A stretch of 18,619 nucleotides of DNA from Octopus sinensis (Eukaryota). The position numbers were made by a program, and so were the translations under genes. Location of the stretch: assembly GCF_006345805.1 (NCBI RefSeq), contig NW_021824477.1:1-18619 (forward strand), given 5' to 3'. This document shows, piece after piece, positions 1 through 9,392 of the stretch. Positions within the stretch are counted from its first letter, which is position 1. Every line of letters starts with the position of its first letter. The notes beneath the pieces were generated by a model. That model had not been told where the DNA came from and ran no database searches. It was given only the letters and a program-made list of their open reading frames with translations.

Positions 1-400
1 GAAGTTGGTATTGAAATTTTCCATTGATGGTGTGATCATTTTGAAAGATAAGCCAATAAAAACAATATTCGTTTGCATTAGTGCATAGTATATATTAAAT
101 AATGTGAAGTATATTTGCATATTAAAATGTTTGATTTTTGGAAATGTATCAATCAGAGCTAAAATAAGCAGTAAAAAATACAAATTGCAAATATTTCAAA
201 AAGTGGGGAACTAAATGCAAAAAAACTAACAAAAAAAAAGGAAGAAAATATGGTTGCTTGAGTTCCAAAGTACAATGAGAAGGCTCAGGAGAAGGATAGA
301 GAGAGGGGGGGGGGGTAGGGGGAAGGAAGTTAGAAGGAAAGAAAAGAATGAAAAGTGAAAAGATAAACGGGGGATCTGAAATGAGTAATAGGAAGAAAAT

Positions 401-576
401 TGGCACGTAAAAACGGCACCCACTACACTCTCAGAGTGGTTGGCGTTAAGAAGGGCATCCAGCTGTAGAAACACTGCCAGATCAGACTGGAGCCTGGTGC
501 AGCCTCCTGGCTTCCCAGGCCCCAGTCGAACCATTCAACCTATTCCAGCATGGAAAATGGACATTAAACAATGATG
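401..576 (+). mobile_element. 3' portion of a cephalopod-type SINE/retroposon with a short ATG-repeat tail remnant
   Basis: TGGCACGTAAAA..CACCCACTACACTC..GAGTGGTTGGCGTTAAGAAGGGCATCCAGCTGTAGAAAC...CAGCATGGAAAATGGACATTAAACAATGATG matches a very common Octopus repeat end as I recall it. No second copy in the window. Confidence 0.6.
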
Positions 577-1023
577 TCTTACCTATACACTGGTCAAGTA
601 GAAAAACGATGAGTGATAAAAAATTGGATTGTCTTTTGGTACCAAAAGAGTGAAGAAAGAGAGTAGAGAAGGTTAGGGAAGAGCAAGTAGGAAGAAAGAG
701 GGAGTGCGGAGAAATAAGGGAATAAAGATATACAGTAGGTAGTTGACAGAGATGGACAGAGGAAGAAATGGAAGGTAGTAAAGAGAGAAAAGCAGCAGAT
801 AGGTAGAGAGGTAGATAGATGGGAGAGGAGAAGGACAGAGAAATAGATAGGAAAGAGAGACAGTCTTGCACCAAATATTGAACACTGTGTAGGGTACCAC
901 TGAGTGGGAACAGAAGTGAGTGTGTGACATTACATTGACTAACAGCGATAGAATGTTGCACAGAAAGTCAACACACACACATATATGAGGATGAAGGAAA
1001 TTGTTGTATAGAGTGCTCGGTTG

Positions 1024-1945
1024 CACTACAACTAAAAAGAAAAAAGTAGCCACCAGGTGCATGAAATGCCCTCCAGCCAGGAAATCTAAATGTCATAAGA
1101 AACGTCTTGCAGAGCCTGCAAATGTGTGGTTACCTCCACTTCACATAAAGTTAGGTTTGGTCAAACAGTTTGTAAAGATCGTGACGGAGAAGAATTTCAA
1201 GAGATTCGTCTACTCTTTCCAAAGCTATCTGAGGCAAAAATTACGGGTGGTATATTAATTGGACCACAAGTAAGGAAAATTCTGAGGTCAGTAAAACTTG
1301 AAAATCTGATGAGTGATCTAGAAAGAAAGGCATGATATGCTTTTCGAGATATTGTCAACGGATTCCTTGGTAATAACAAAGACTCAAATTACAAGCAGCT
1401 CGTAGCAAAACCTATTGAGAGTTATAAGAATATAGGCTGTAGAATGTCATTAAAGGTACACATTTTGCATTCGCATTTAGACTTTGTTCGAGAAAACTTA
1501 GGAACATGGTGAAAGATTCCATCAGGATATTATTACAATAAAGAAAAGATGCCAAGGAAGATGGGACACTGCAATGATGGGGGACTGTATATGGTCATTG
1601 GTGCGTACAGATATAGGAGGTCACAGTAGAAAAACACGATCGTTGGTGCATTTCTCGAAAAATCTTTTTATAATCTCATCATAGTTTTGCTTATATTTCT
1701 TACTAGTTTAAAAATAAGTATCAGGGCAAAATATTTTCTGTTCTTATTAATGTACAATGTACAATGTGAATAAGTTGAATAAAGTACTATCGCAGTTAAA
1801 TTTTCTTCTCATTCTCTAGAATACCGGAATTATCTCTTAAAATATCTATACTATACAATTTTCAAGGGTAGTTTTGAAATCAGGAGAAAAAGTTACTTTC
1901 GAAACATTAAAAATATTTTAGAGAAGCAAAACCTGTTACCCAGTG
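1024..1945 (+). mobile_element. 5'-truncated CMC (Chapaev3-like) DNA transposon remnant
   Basis: Decayed transposase C-terminus, then an AT-rich 3' region ending in ...CCTGTTACCCAGTG (1941-1945 CAGTG, reverse complement CACTG, a CMC-type terminus). Left boundary uncertain. Confidence 0.7.
1077..1654 (+). pseudogene. Chapaev3-like transposase C-terminal half with frameshifts and a stop
   Basis: Stitched frames read PGNLNVIRN / EPANVWLPPLHIKLGLVKQFVK / DRDGEEFQEIRLLFPKLSEAKITGGILIGPQVRK..ERKA*YAFRDIVNGFLGNNKDSNYKQLV..GCRMSLKVHILHSHLDFVRENLG / HGERFHQDI..RCQGRWDTAMMGDCIWSLVR. LHIKLGL, MSLK.H.LHSHLDF and HGERFHQDI are hallmark motifs of this family. The assignment to Chapaev3 is from memory. Confidence 0.85.
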
Positions 1946-2577
1946 TTATTTACGCTTTCGTATATATATCATGTTTATTATCTAAACCATTCATCATAGT
2001 TGCAGTAGAATTCACCTTGATCTACGACTGTCTGGGTGGATGACGTTTAATTTATTTATTTTGTTAGTTAGATATCCAGATTACAGTATTTTTTTTCTGT
2101 CTATATTTCACTGTTAAAAAAGAATTTAGCCATCTTTTAGTAAACTGTTACAAAAAAGATTTTTTATTAAGTTTATAACTTATTACACATAAACTGATCT
2201 TAATAAATAACGTTACATTGAGTTACTGTTTTCTTCTGAAGATCTCATGGTTTACTGTTAGTCTCCAATCATCTGTGTAACTATAACAGCGTAATATACC
2301 AGGATTCGTTAGTGAAACACATGTAACTGTTGTTATGTCATTTGTGGCGCTATAATAGGAAAACATTTAAATCAACTCTGCGATGTTCTTCAGAAGTATG
2401 CATATATAATATGTACACATATATGCACCACCAGACCAAAACACACGCACGTAGGCATTTATACACAAATGCAAGAATTTGCATTTGCACACAAACCCAT
2501 ATATGCATCCGAAACACGTTCATGCGTGTGTATACTTCAGGAACTAACGCAAACGTACTCGCACGCATACAACTTCT

Positions 2578-2587
2578 ACACACACAC

Positions 2588-2629
<42 letters not shown>
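2578..2629. repeat. (CA)n microsatellite
   Basis: Direct reading. Confidence 0.97.
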
Positions 2630-2631
<2 letters not shown>

Positions 2632-2842
2632 ACTCACCGTCCTTGGTTCTGTCAGCTTCCCAGACAGCAAGGCGCCACTAGCTTCCTTTCAAGCTACATG
2701 ATCCAACAAATTCTTTCTAAAACATCTAGTGTTGCTGAAATGCTGATCTCACCAATAAAGACACCATGTGACCCGCCTTGTGATGCAACCCATTTTCCAG
2801 TATCTATCTTGAACTTTCTGTATTTTTTTCATTCGGTAATCT

Positions 2843-2894
2843 ATGCTTGACGAGCTGGGTTTCTGTAAAAAGCCTGCGAAACTTTAAGTCGCAT
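2843..2894 (+). ncRNA. Type I hammerhead ribozyme-like motif (U3 core variant, GUC site)
   Basis: ATGC[stem I]-TTGACGA-GCTGG..CCTGC[stem II, one T-T mismatch]-GAAA-CT TTA AG-TC-GCAT[stem I']. Helix III is ACT/AGT with a 3-nt loop. Predicted cleavage after C2890. Confidence 0.7.
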
Positions 2895-2990
2895 GTAGCC
2901 GACTCAGACTGTGTTGGATAATAAGATATATGTAACTCCTATTAAGTGTGTTAAATACCTTTTTCTTTCGTTTGTCCATTCACTCGTATA

Positions 2991-3036
2991 CGTGTGTGTG
3001 TGCGCGCGCATGTATATATATATGTATATGCATGCG

Positions 3037-3073
<37 letters not shown>

Positions 3074-3125
3074 GCACAACCACACACTGAAGCATACACG
3101 TATACTCACACTTTCACACACACAA
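2991..3125. repeat. Mixed (GT)n/(TA)n/(CA)n microsatellite
   Basis: Direct reading. Confidence 0.9.
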
Positions 3126-3947
3126 ATGGATGTGTGTGTATGTATTTCATATTTCAGCACATCTCTGTGTGTGCGATGGGCCTTTGTGTATGTGTGCGCG
3201 TATGAGACTCTGTTTTTTGTGTGCATGTTCCAACATGGAAAATATAATAGCCAAAAGTGAGGAATTTAGCAGACGTGAATCTAATACCAGATTGCTTCAG
3301 GTGCGACTGCATGCGATGAGAATAATCTTTCTGATCGATAAACATCTTATGTTTTTTCAGGATGTTCTTCTATCTTAGTCTAATTTAATAACGGCCTTTG
3401 ATTCCGATGGCTCTTCAAGATTGGAAAAAAAGTTGCAAACTTACAACTGTATTTTGCTGCGCCATGGTTCTTCAGCTTGGAACTAACAGAGAATTGGTTT
3501 AGCACACTTTACAGATTAATTCTCCAGGCAAAATGTTTAGATTCAACGCGTGGTTTTTGTGATTTTCTTACAAGATTAAACATTGCACAGAAAACCATTT
3601 CGTCATTTGCTTTAGGAATTCTTCTCTTTTTTAATGATTCTATATTCATATACGCTTGTTTTGTATATTTAATTATGTATTATGCGTTTGTTTGTGTGTG
3701 CGTGTGTGTGGGAGAGAGAGAGAGAGTGTGTGTACTTATATACACACATAGACATGCATAAAAATGTACATACAAATATATGTGTATGTATGTATATACG
3801 CAAGAATCTATGTATGTATGTATCTATGTATCTATGTATGTTTGTGTGTATGTGAGTATATATCAGGTTTATAAGATAAGTTATATTAATATAATAAAAT
3901 TAATTCTTTACGTATTCGTCAGAATGTACCTCTACATTAAAAAGTCG

Positions 3948-4156
<209 letters not shown>

Positions 4157-4558
4157 GGTAATGATGATAGTTCTGAAACTAGATTTGCTAAGCATATTAC
4201 AAAGTCAACAGTTTTTTTTCCCCATAATACTTTAATATAAGTTATTTCCTTACCAACCCAATCTCGTAAATGACGCATGTATACATACATACTCATAGGC
4301 GTACACACTATAACCGCCCCCTCCCCCCACACCTCTACCTGTTCTCTATCTCTCCATCTCTTTCTTTGCCACTCTCCACCACCACCCCCTACACACGCGC
4401 ATATGCACAGAACTAATAAATGAAGACGAACTGCTATATATGCATACATACACACACGCATACATACATACATAATACCATGATGATATCCGTGGAGCAG
4501 CTGATGATGGACGTATGGTATATCGTTGGTATGACTGAAGTACTATAACATTGTTTTG

Positions 4559-4585
4559 ATATATATAATATATATATATATATAT

Positions 4586-4651
<66 letters not shown>

Positions 4652-4652
4652 A
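4559..4652. repeat. (TA)n microsatellite
   Basis: Direct reading. Confidence 0.97.
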
Positions 4653-4861
4653 CGGAGATGTACTTGCATAGCAAGTGATTTGATCTGAATCGTGTGCTGA
4701 AACGAAAACAATTGCAGCGTGGAAAGTGTTTGTAAGCTATTTAAGAAACACACAAAAGCCGTTCGATTCACTGCAACATTTAAGTTTAATTTGTCAAAAT
4801 ATTTTCGTCGCTGTGAGACCGCGACCTGTCACTGACAAAAATCCGTGCTGCATCTCTGATG
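4651..4861 (-). mobile_element. About 210-bp (TA)n-flanked repeat carrying a hammerhead-like motif; possible Penelope-like element-derived unit
   Basis: Complex sequence bounded on both sides by (TA)n and containing the fold at 4790-4839. Resembles an Octopus interspersed repeat from memory. Confidence 0.5.
4790..4839 (-). ncRNA. Minimal type I hammerhead-like motif with an atypical GUGACA core
   Basis: Minus strand: TTTGTCA-GTGACA-G-GTCGC(9-nt loop)GCGAC-GAA-AATATT-T-TGACAAA. 7-bp stem I and 5-bp stem II in exact register, palindromic helix III AATATT, UUU triplet. Confidence 0.55.
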
Positions 4862-4862
<1 letters not shown>

Positions 4863-4910
<48 letters not shown>

Positions 4911-4924
4911 ATATTATATATATA
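4863..4924. repeat. (TA)n microsatellite
   Basis: Direct reading. Confidence 0.97.
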
Positions 4925-5123
4925 CACATATATCTATACTTTCCCCCACTTTACAATTTTTTCTTGCCACCTGAACAGCTAACTTAGCCAAGGGACATGA
5001 CTCATAACTGACTCCCTTGGAACTTTTTCATCCTACCACCTTTACACGGCAGATGCCGACCGGTCGTGCTCATCTCCATTTCCAACAATGGGGAGCAGTC
5101 GCCGTTCCTCCTTCTATGTCGGC

Positions 5124-5203
5124 TATCTCTGACGAGCGTACACTATATAACTGGTTTGTCGTTTAACACTCTATTAGATAATTTCACGCGAAACCGATTG
5201 ATA
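5124..5203 (+). ncRNA. Degenerate type I hammerhead-like motif with a long stem II loop
   Basis: TATC-T-CTGACGA-GCGT-(46 nt)-ACGC-GAAACCGATT-GATA. Canonical core and 4-bp stem II. Helix III is one substitution from the palindrome ACCGGT, and stem I is one nucleotide out of register. Confidence 0.45.
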
Positions 5204-5234
5204 AGACCAGCCATGATAGATAATTAACACTATA

Positions 5235-5365
5235 AAATTCAGAGAGTAAGGAAAGAAAGGTAGTTTTACGTTTCAAACAAAGCTTTTCTTCAGAAGCATG
5301 AAACAGAGAAACGTCCAAGAGAAAAAGCATGTGGAGGAGCAAAATCGCCAACGATCCACATGTAG

Positions 5366-5366
<1 letters not shown>
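5235..5366 (-). mobile_element. Short hammerhead-bearing repeat, homologous to 7816-8015
   Basis: Minus strand CGTTGGCGATTTT..TCCTC..TTCTCTTGGA..ATGCTTCTGAAGA aligns with CGTAGGCGATTTT..TCCTC..TTCTCTGGA..ATGTTTCCGACGA at 7829-7895. A pyrimidine-rich tract follows the ribozyme in both. Confidence 0.7.
5263..5297 (-). ncRNA. Minimal type I hammerhead ribozyme motif (canonical CUGAAGA core, GUA site)
   Basis: Minus strand GCTT-CTGAAGA-A-AAGC TTT GTTT-GAA-ACGT-A-AAAC. Palindromic ACGT helix III; stem I pairs 3 of 4. Confidence 0.65.
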
Positions 5367-5418
<52 letters not shown>

Positions 5419-5436
5419 ATATATATACATATATAT
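5367..5436. repeat. (TA)n microsatellite
   Basis: Direct reading. Confidence 0.97.
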
Positions 5437-5440
5437 TATT

Positions 5441-5789
5441 TTTATTCTTTTGCTTGTTTCAGCCATTTGACTGCGGCCATGCTGGAGCACCGCTTTAAAG
5501 GGTGTTAGTCGAATAAATCGACCCCAGGACTTATTCTTTGTATGGCTAGTGCTTTATTCTATTCGGCCTTGTTGCCGAACCGCTAGCTCACGGGGACATA
5601 AACACACCACACTTGTCAAGCGATGGTGGTGGGGTGCAAACACAAACTCACACACACACAAATACACAGTCTCCGTCTACCAGATCCACTCACAAGGTTT
5701 TTGTCGGCCCAAGGCTGATGCCATGCAATGGGATCGAACCCAGAAGCATGTGGCTTGGAACCAAACCTCTTACTACATAGTCACGACTA
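5441..5789 (-). mobile_element. tRNA-derived SINE, family A copy with an internal deletion
   Basis: Homologous to 8088-8523 and 9393-9792 (GCTGGAGCACCGC, TCGACCCCAGGACTTATTCTTTGT, CACTCACAAGG). B-box GGTTCGATCCC on the minus strand. Confidence 0.85.
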
Positions 5790-5807
5790 TATCTTTTAGT
5801 CTCTCTT

Positions 5808-5839
5808 GCATCTCTCGCTCTCACTCTCGCCCTCTCTCC

Positions 5840-5870
<31 letters not shown>

Positions 5871-5880
5871 TCTCTCTCTC
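5808..5880. repeat. (CT)n microsatellite
   Basis: Direct reading. Confidence 0.93.
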
Positions 5881-6088
5881 ATTCTTCTCTGCTTCTAATA
5901 TCACTTTTTCTTTTCTTTTATCGACTTCCCTATTTTCTCCGATTTTCATTAATTATGTCACTTCACAATGCGTCTCCGTCGGTGAAACTTTCTAATTTAC
6001 TTTTAGGCTTCGCACTTCAAAACTCTGTCTTCAATTCACATCGTCCATTAAATTCCATCGTCTTCTTTCTCTTTCTTGTCCACACTTG

Positions 6089-6157
6089 AAGACGACGACG
6101 ACGACGACGATGAAGATAATGTTACCGATGATGATGATGATGATGATGATGATGATA
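6089..6157. repeat. (GAC)n/(GAT)n microsatellite
   Basis: Direct reading. Confidence 0.9.
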
Positions 6158-6525
6158 ATGCAGGGGAAGTGAATTATGATGACGGTGGTGATGGTTGTGG
6201 TGAGGACAATGGGAGTGATGTTTCTTATTTTTACCATGAGGTGCACAAAACACATATATTGTTATATTAATGACAAGATGTCGAAAGCACAAATATGCAA
6301 ATTAGGCCATCCGCAACACCGCTAGACAAGGTTATGAGTGATTTATATTTTAGCCGATATGTTTTAGTGATTGATCAAGGAAGCCGGATACGTCTTCTCA
6401 GAGGAGCGGTAAACAACCTGTTAAAAGGCCCATAAGAGGACTCGCTCCAGCCTTATTCCACACATCAACTACATAGAAACACAATGGTTTTATTCAATCA
6501 AAGTGAGGTTTTGTAATATCCAAAA

Positions 6526-6526
<1 letters not shown>

Positions 6527-6618
<92 letters not shown>
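6527..6618. repeat. (GT)n microsatellite, perfect, about 46 units
   Basis: Direct reading. Confidence 0.98.
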
Positions 6619-6620
<2 letters not shown>

Positions 6621-7101
6621 CTAAACCTAACCGATCGTTTTTGAACTTGGACTAACCAGCAAAAAGATCACTATTTGGTTATTATTCCCCTTCTTGTCCT
6701 CCATATACTATTTTGTCATATATTTCACCTTCTTCCTCCCTCCCTCCAAAACCCACTCCTTGTTTTTATTTGAGTCGTAAACCAATCAAAAATCAGCTAG
6801 ACTTCATAGAACCAGACATAAGCCATTTTCTGTTGGTTTCTAATTAGCCAGTTACCAATAATACAGAGATTTCAAAGCCACTCGACCGTTCCGTTTACAT
6901 CGCATCTGTTTCTCTTCTTAATTAGATTTCTCAATAAACACACCTATTGATAAGCACAGACCCAATGAACCGTGACGTACAAACACTAGCCATATGCTTT
7001 TATAATATATTGTGGTATTGTTTTATTTCATATTTCGACAATCATCTTTTTGTCTGACATTTCCTCGTTAAATGTTATTGTCCATAATTTCAGTGAACTC
7101 A

Positions 7102-7169
7102 CATGTATATATACACACGCACACACGCACACATACACATGCACACACATATATATATGCATGTATACG

Positions 7170-7209
<40 letters not shown>

Positions 7210-7435
7210 GTACGATTCACATACGCACGTAGACATGCATAGATACATACATGTATGCATACATACATACATACATACATACATACATACATACATACAG
7301 GAAAATATTATTTTTCAAACAAGTAGAAGTAGAATGAAAAGGAAAGAAATTGAAAATGCACTTGGAGTTTTTAAGAAAATTTACTTACATCCAGTTAGAT
7401 ATATACATACACAGAGAGATATGTTTGTATTCATC

Positions 7436-7472
<37 letters not shown>
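7102..7472. repeat. Cluster of (CA)n, (TA)n and (TACA)n microsatellites
   Basis: Direct reading. Confidence 0.9.
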
Positions 7473-7475
<3 letters not shown>

Positions 7476-7692
7476 GAACTAACACGTAGGTACATATATA
7501 GGCACATACATAAACAGAGATATGCGCAAGAACGTACATATATATGTGTGTGTATTTCTGTGCGTGGCTCTGTGTGTCTCTGTGTATACATACACGTGTA
7601 CATATATATATGTATATAAACACATACCTCTAAAACTAATTTTAGTAACCTTCCCGTGTTCCTGTATGTGCATACATACACACACACACACA

Positions 7693-7815
7693 CTCTTTCT
7701 TTCTGCATCTTGCAGCTCACCTGCGACGGACCGGTGTCCCGTCCAGGTGGGGAACCTCTACGTCAAGGAAATCGAGAAACCGTCCCTTATGAGCCAGGTA
7801 TGGCTCGAGAAGGAA
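7693..7815 (+). mobile_element. 3' fragment of another Octopus-type tRNA SINE
   Basis: CTGCATCTTGCAGCTCACCTGCGACGGACCGG..CCCGTCCAGGTGGGGAACC..CCCTTATGAGCCAGG.ATGGCTCGAGAAGGAA recognised from memory as a SINE 3' end. No second copy in the window. Confidence 0.55.
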
Positions 7816-8015
7816 GACTTCGTGTGTACCGTAGGCGATTTTTTTTCCTCTGTCATCCTTTCTCTGGATCTTTCCTTCTCCTATGTTTCCGACGAAGAGC
7901 TACGCTCGAAACGTTAAACTCTCCTCCTTTCCTTCTTTCCTGAGCGTCCAATAATACTATATTTGTTACACGTCCTCGCGTTGTTGTTTTTTTGTACTTT
8001 CTTGTTTGGATTAAC
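7816..8015 (+). mobile_element. Short hammerhead-bearing repeat ending in (TA)n; Penelope pLTR-like or retrozyme-like
   Basis: Homologous to 5235-5366 (minus strand), contains the motif at 7885-7919 and runs directly into (TA)n at 8016. Confidence 0.7.
7885..7919 (+). ncRNA. Minimal type I hammerhead ribozyme motif (C4 core variant, GUU site)
   Basis: GTTT-CCGACGA-A-GAGC TAC GCTC-GAA-ACGT-T-AAAC. Perfect 4-bp stems I and II, palindromic (A)ACGT(T) helix III, predicted cleavage after U7915. Confidence 0.7.
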
Positions 8016-8024
8016 TATATATAT

Positions 8025-8078
<54 letters not shown>

Positions 8079-8085
8079 ATATTAT
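8016..8085. repeat. (TA)n microsatellite
   Basis: Direct reading. Confidence 0.97.
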
Positions 8086-8087
8086 AC

Positions 8088-8257
8088 AGGGGCATGCGTA
8101 GCTGTGCGGTAAGAAGATTGCTTCTCAACTACATGGTTCCGAGTTCAATCCCACTGCGTAGCACCTTGGTCAAGTGTCTTCTACTATAGCCTCGGGCAGA
8201 CCAAAGCCTTGTGAGTGAATATGGTAAACGGAAACTGAAAGAAGCCCGTCGTATATG

Positions 8258-8304
<47 letters not shown>

Positions 8305-8523
8305 ATGTATGTGTGTGTATATGTTTGTGTGTCTGTGTTTGTCCCCCTCTCCCAACATTGCTTGACAACTGATGCTGGTGTGTTTACGTCCCCGTAACTT
8401 AGCGGTTCCGCAAAAGAGACCGATAAAATAAGAATAAATCCTGGGGTCGAATTGTTCGACTAAAGGCGGTGCTCCAGCATGGCCGCAAGTCAAATGACTG
8501 AAACTAGTAAAAGAGTTAAAGAG
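8088..8523 (+). mobile_element. tRNA-derived SINE, family A, near full length with an internal (TA)/(GT)n tract
   Basis: A-box-like TAGCTGTGCGG, B-box GTTCAATCCC (8143-8152), CORE-like GCACCTTGGTCAAGTGTCTT; two other copies in the window. Confidence 0.9.
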
Positions 8524-8529
8524 TATACC

Positions 8530-9285
8530 TATAAATACACAAAGCAGATGTACACGAAGTATGATCATTGCTAGAAATAGCAGCCGGTAAGCTATCGGTG
8601 TTATGTACAGCTTCATTGAATGTTTACAGGCAGAGATATTTGCCGGCGATAAATATAGTAAAATTCTGTCTTACTTCTACGGAGACCGTTCGAGGAAACA
8701 AAGCATAATTTAATACTGCAGTTTCCAACATTTCGAGTCACGTGCGTGAGCTCGAATCCGATTGGTTATCTTCAGCTGGCTCTACCATTGACGACCAAAT
8801 TCTTAAATATCCACTTCACCTCTGCCGTGTATAATTATAATTATACCTTTTGTTGTGCTTTATTTTTGCTGGATAATAATAATAGTTTTGATAATATTTA
8901 TATCTTCAAGCATATTTTTTCAATGATCTTGGGTCTGATTTTTGACAGGGGCTTTCCACGGTAGACTCAACCGAAGACAATCAATTGGATTCGAGCTCAC
9001 TCAAGTGACCCGAAAGTTGAAAACTGCAGTATTGAGTTATCCTTTATTCCTCTAACGGTTTGCATAGAGGTAAGACAGATTTTTTCTATATTCACCGTCC
9101 GCAAATATATCTACCTGTAAACATTCAGTGAAGCTCTGCATAGCACCGATAACTTACCAGCTACTATTTCTAGCTATGATTGCACTTCATGTAACATCCG
9201 CTTTATATATTTATAATTCTACATTTTACGGTGCTTTATTATTGCTGGATGGTAATATTACTCTTGATAATATTTATATTTCTTG
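8530..9285. repeat. Long inverted repeat (8530-8786 vs 8960-9215) plus an internal direct copy (8811-8907 vs 9182-9281)
   Basis: Manual alignment of the roughly 257-bp arms gives about 80% identity. The spacer repeats the GTGCTTTATT.TTGCTGGAT..TTGATAATATTTATAT segment that also follows the right arm. Confidence 0.9.
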
Positions 9286-9354
9286 TATATATATATATAT
9301 AATATAATATATATATAATATATATTATATATATATATAATATATATAATATAT
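9286..9354. repeat. (TA)n microsatellite
   Basis: Direct reading. Confidence 0.95.
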
Positions 9355-9392
9355 ACACACATGCACCAAACATTTCTCAATGTATGTGTATA

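Noticed and set aside
883-902. CACTG motifs as the left terminal inverted repeat of the Chapaev-like element
   Set aside because: Similarity to the right end stops after about 9 nt, the flanks (TGAA vs TTAT) give no target-site duplication, and there is no transposase N-terminus in between.
1305-1330. CTGATGA followed by GAAA
   Set aside because: Lies inside transposase coding sequence and has no stem II pairing.
2236-2330. CTGAAGA ... GAAACACATGTA
   Set aside because: Neither stem I nor stem II pairs.
6076-6270. Acidic poly-Asp ORF as a possible exon
   Set aside because: Explained by (GAC)n/(GAT)n; no convincing acceptor and no recognisable protein context.
7522-7943. Protein-looking ORFs with a polypyrimidine-CAG acceptor at about 7715 and CAG/GTATGG at about 7797
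   Set aside because: The sequence is better explained as a SINE fragment plus the hammerhead repeat. Occasional exonisation cannot be excluded without RNA-seq.
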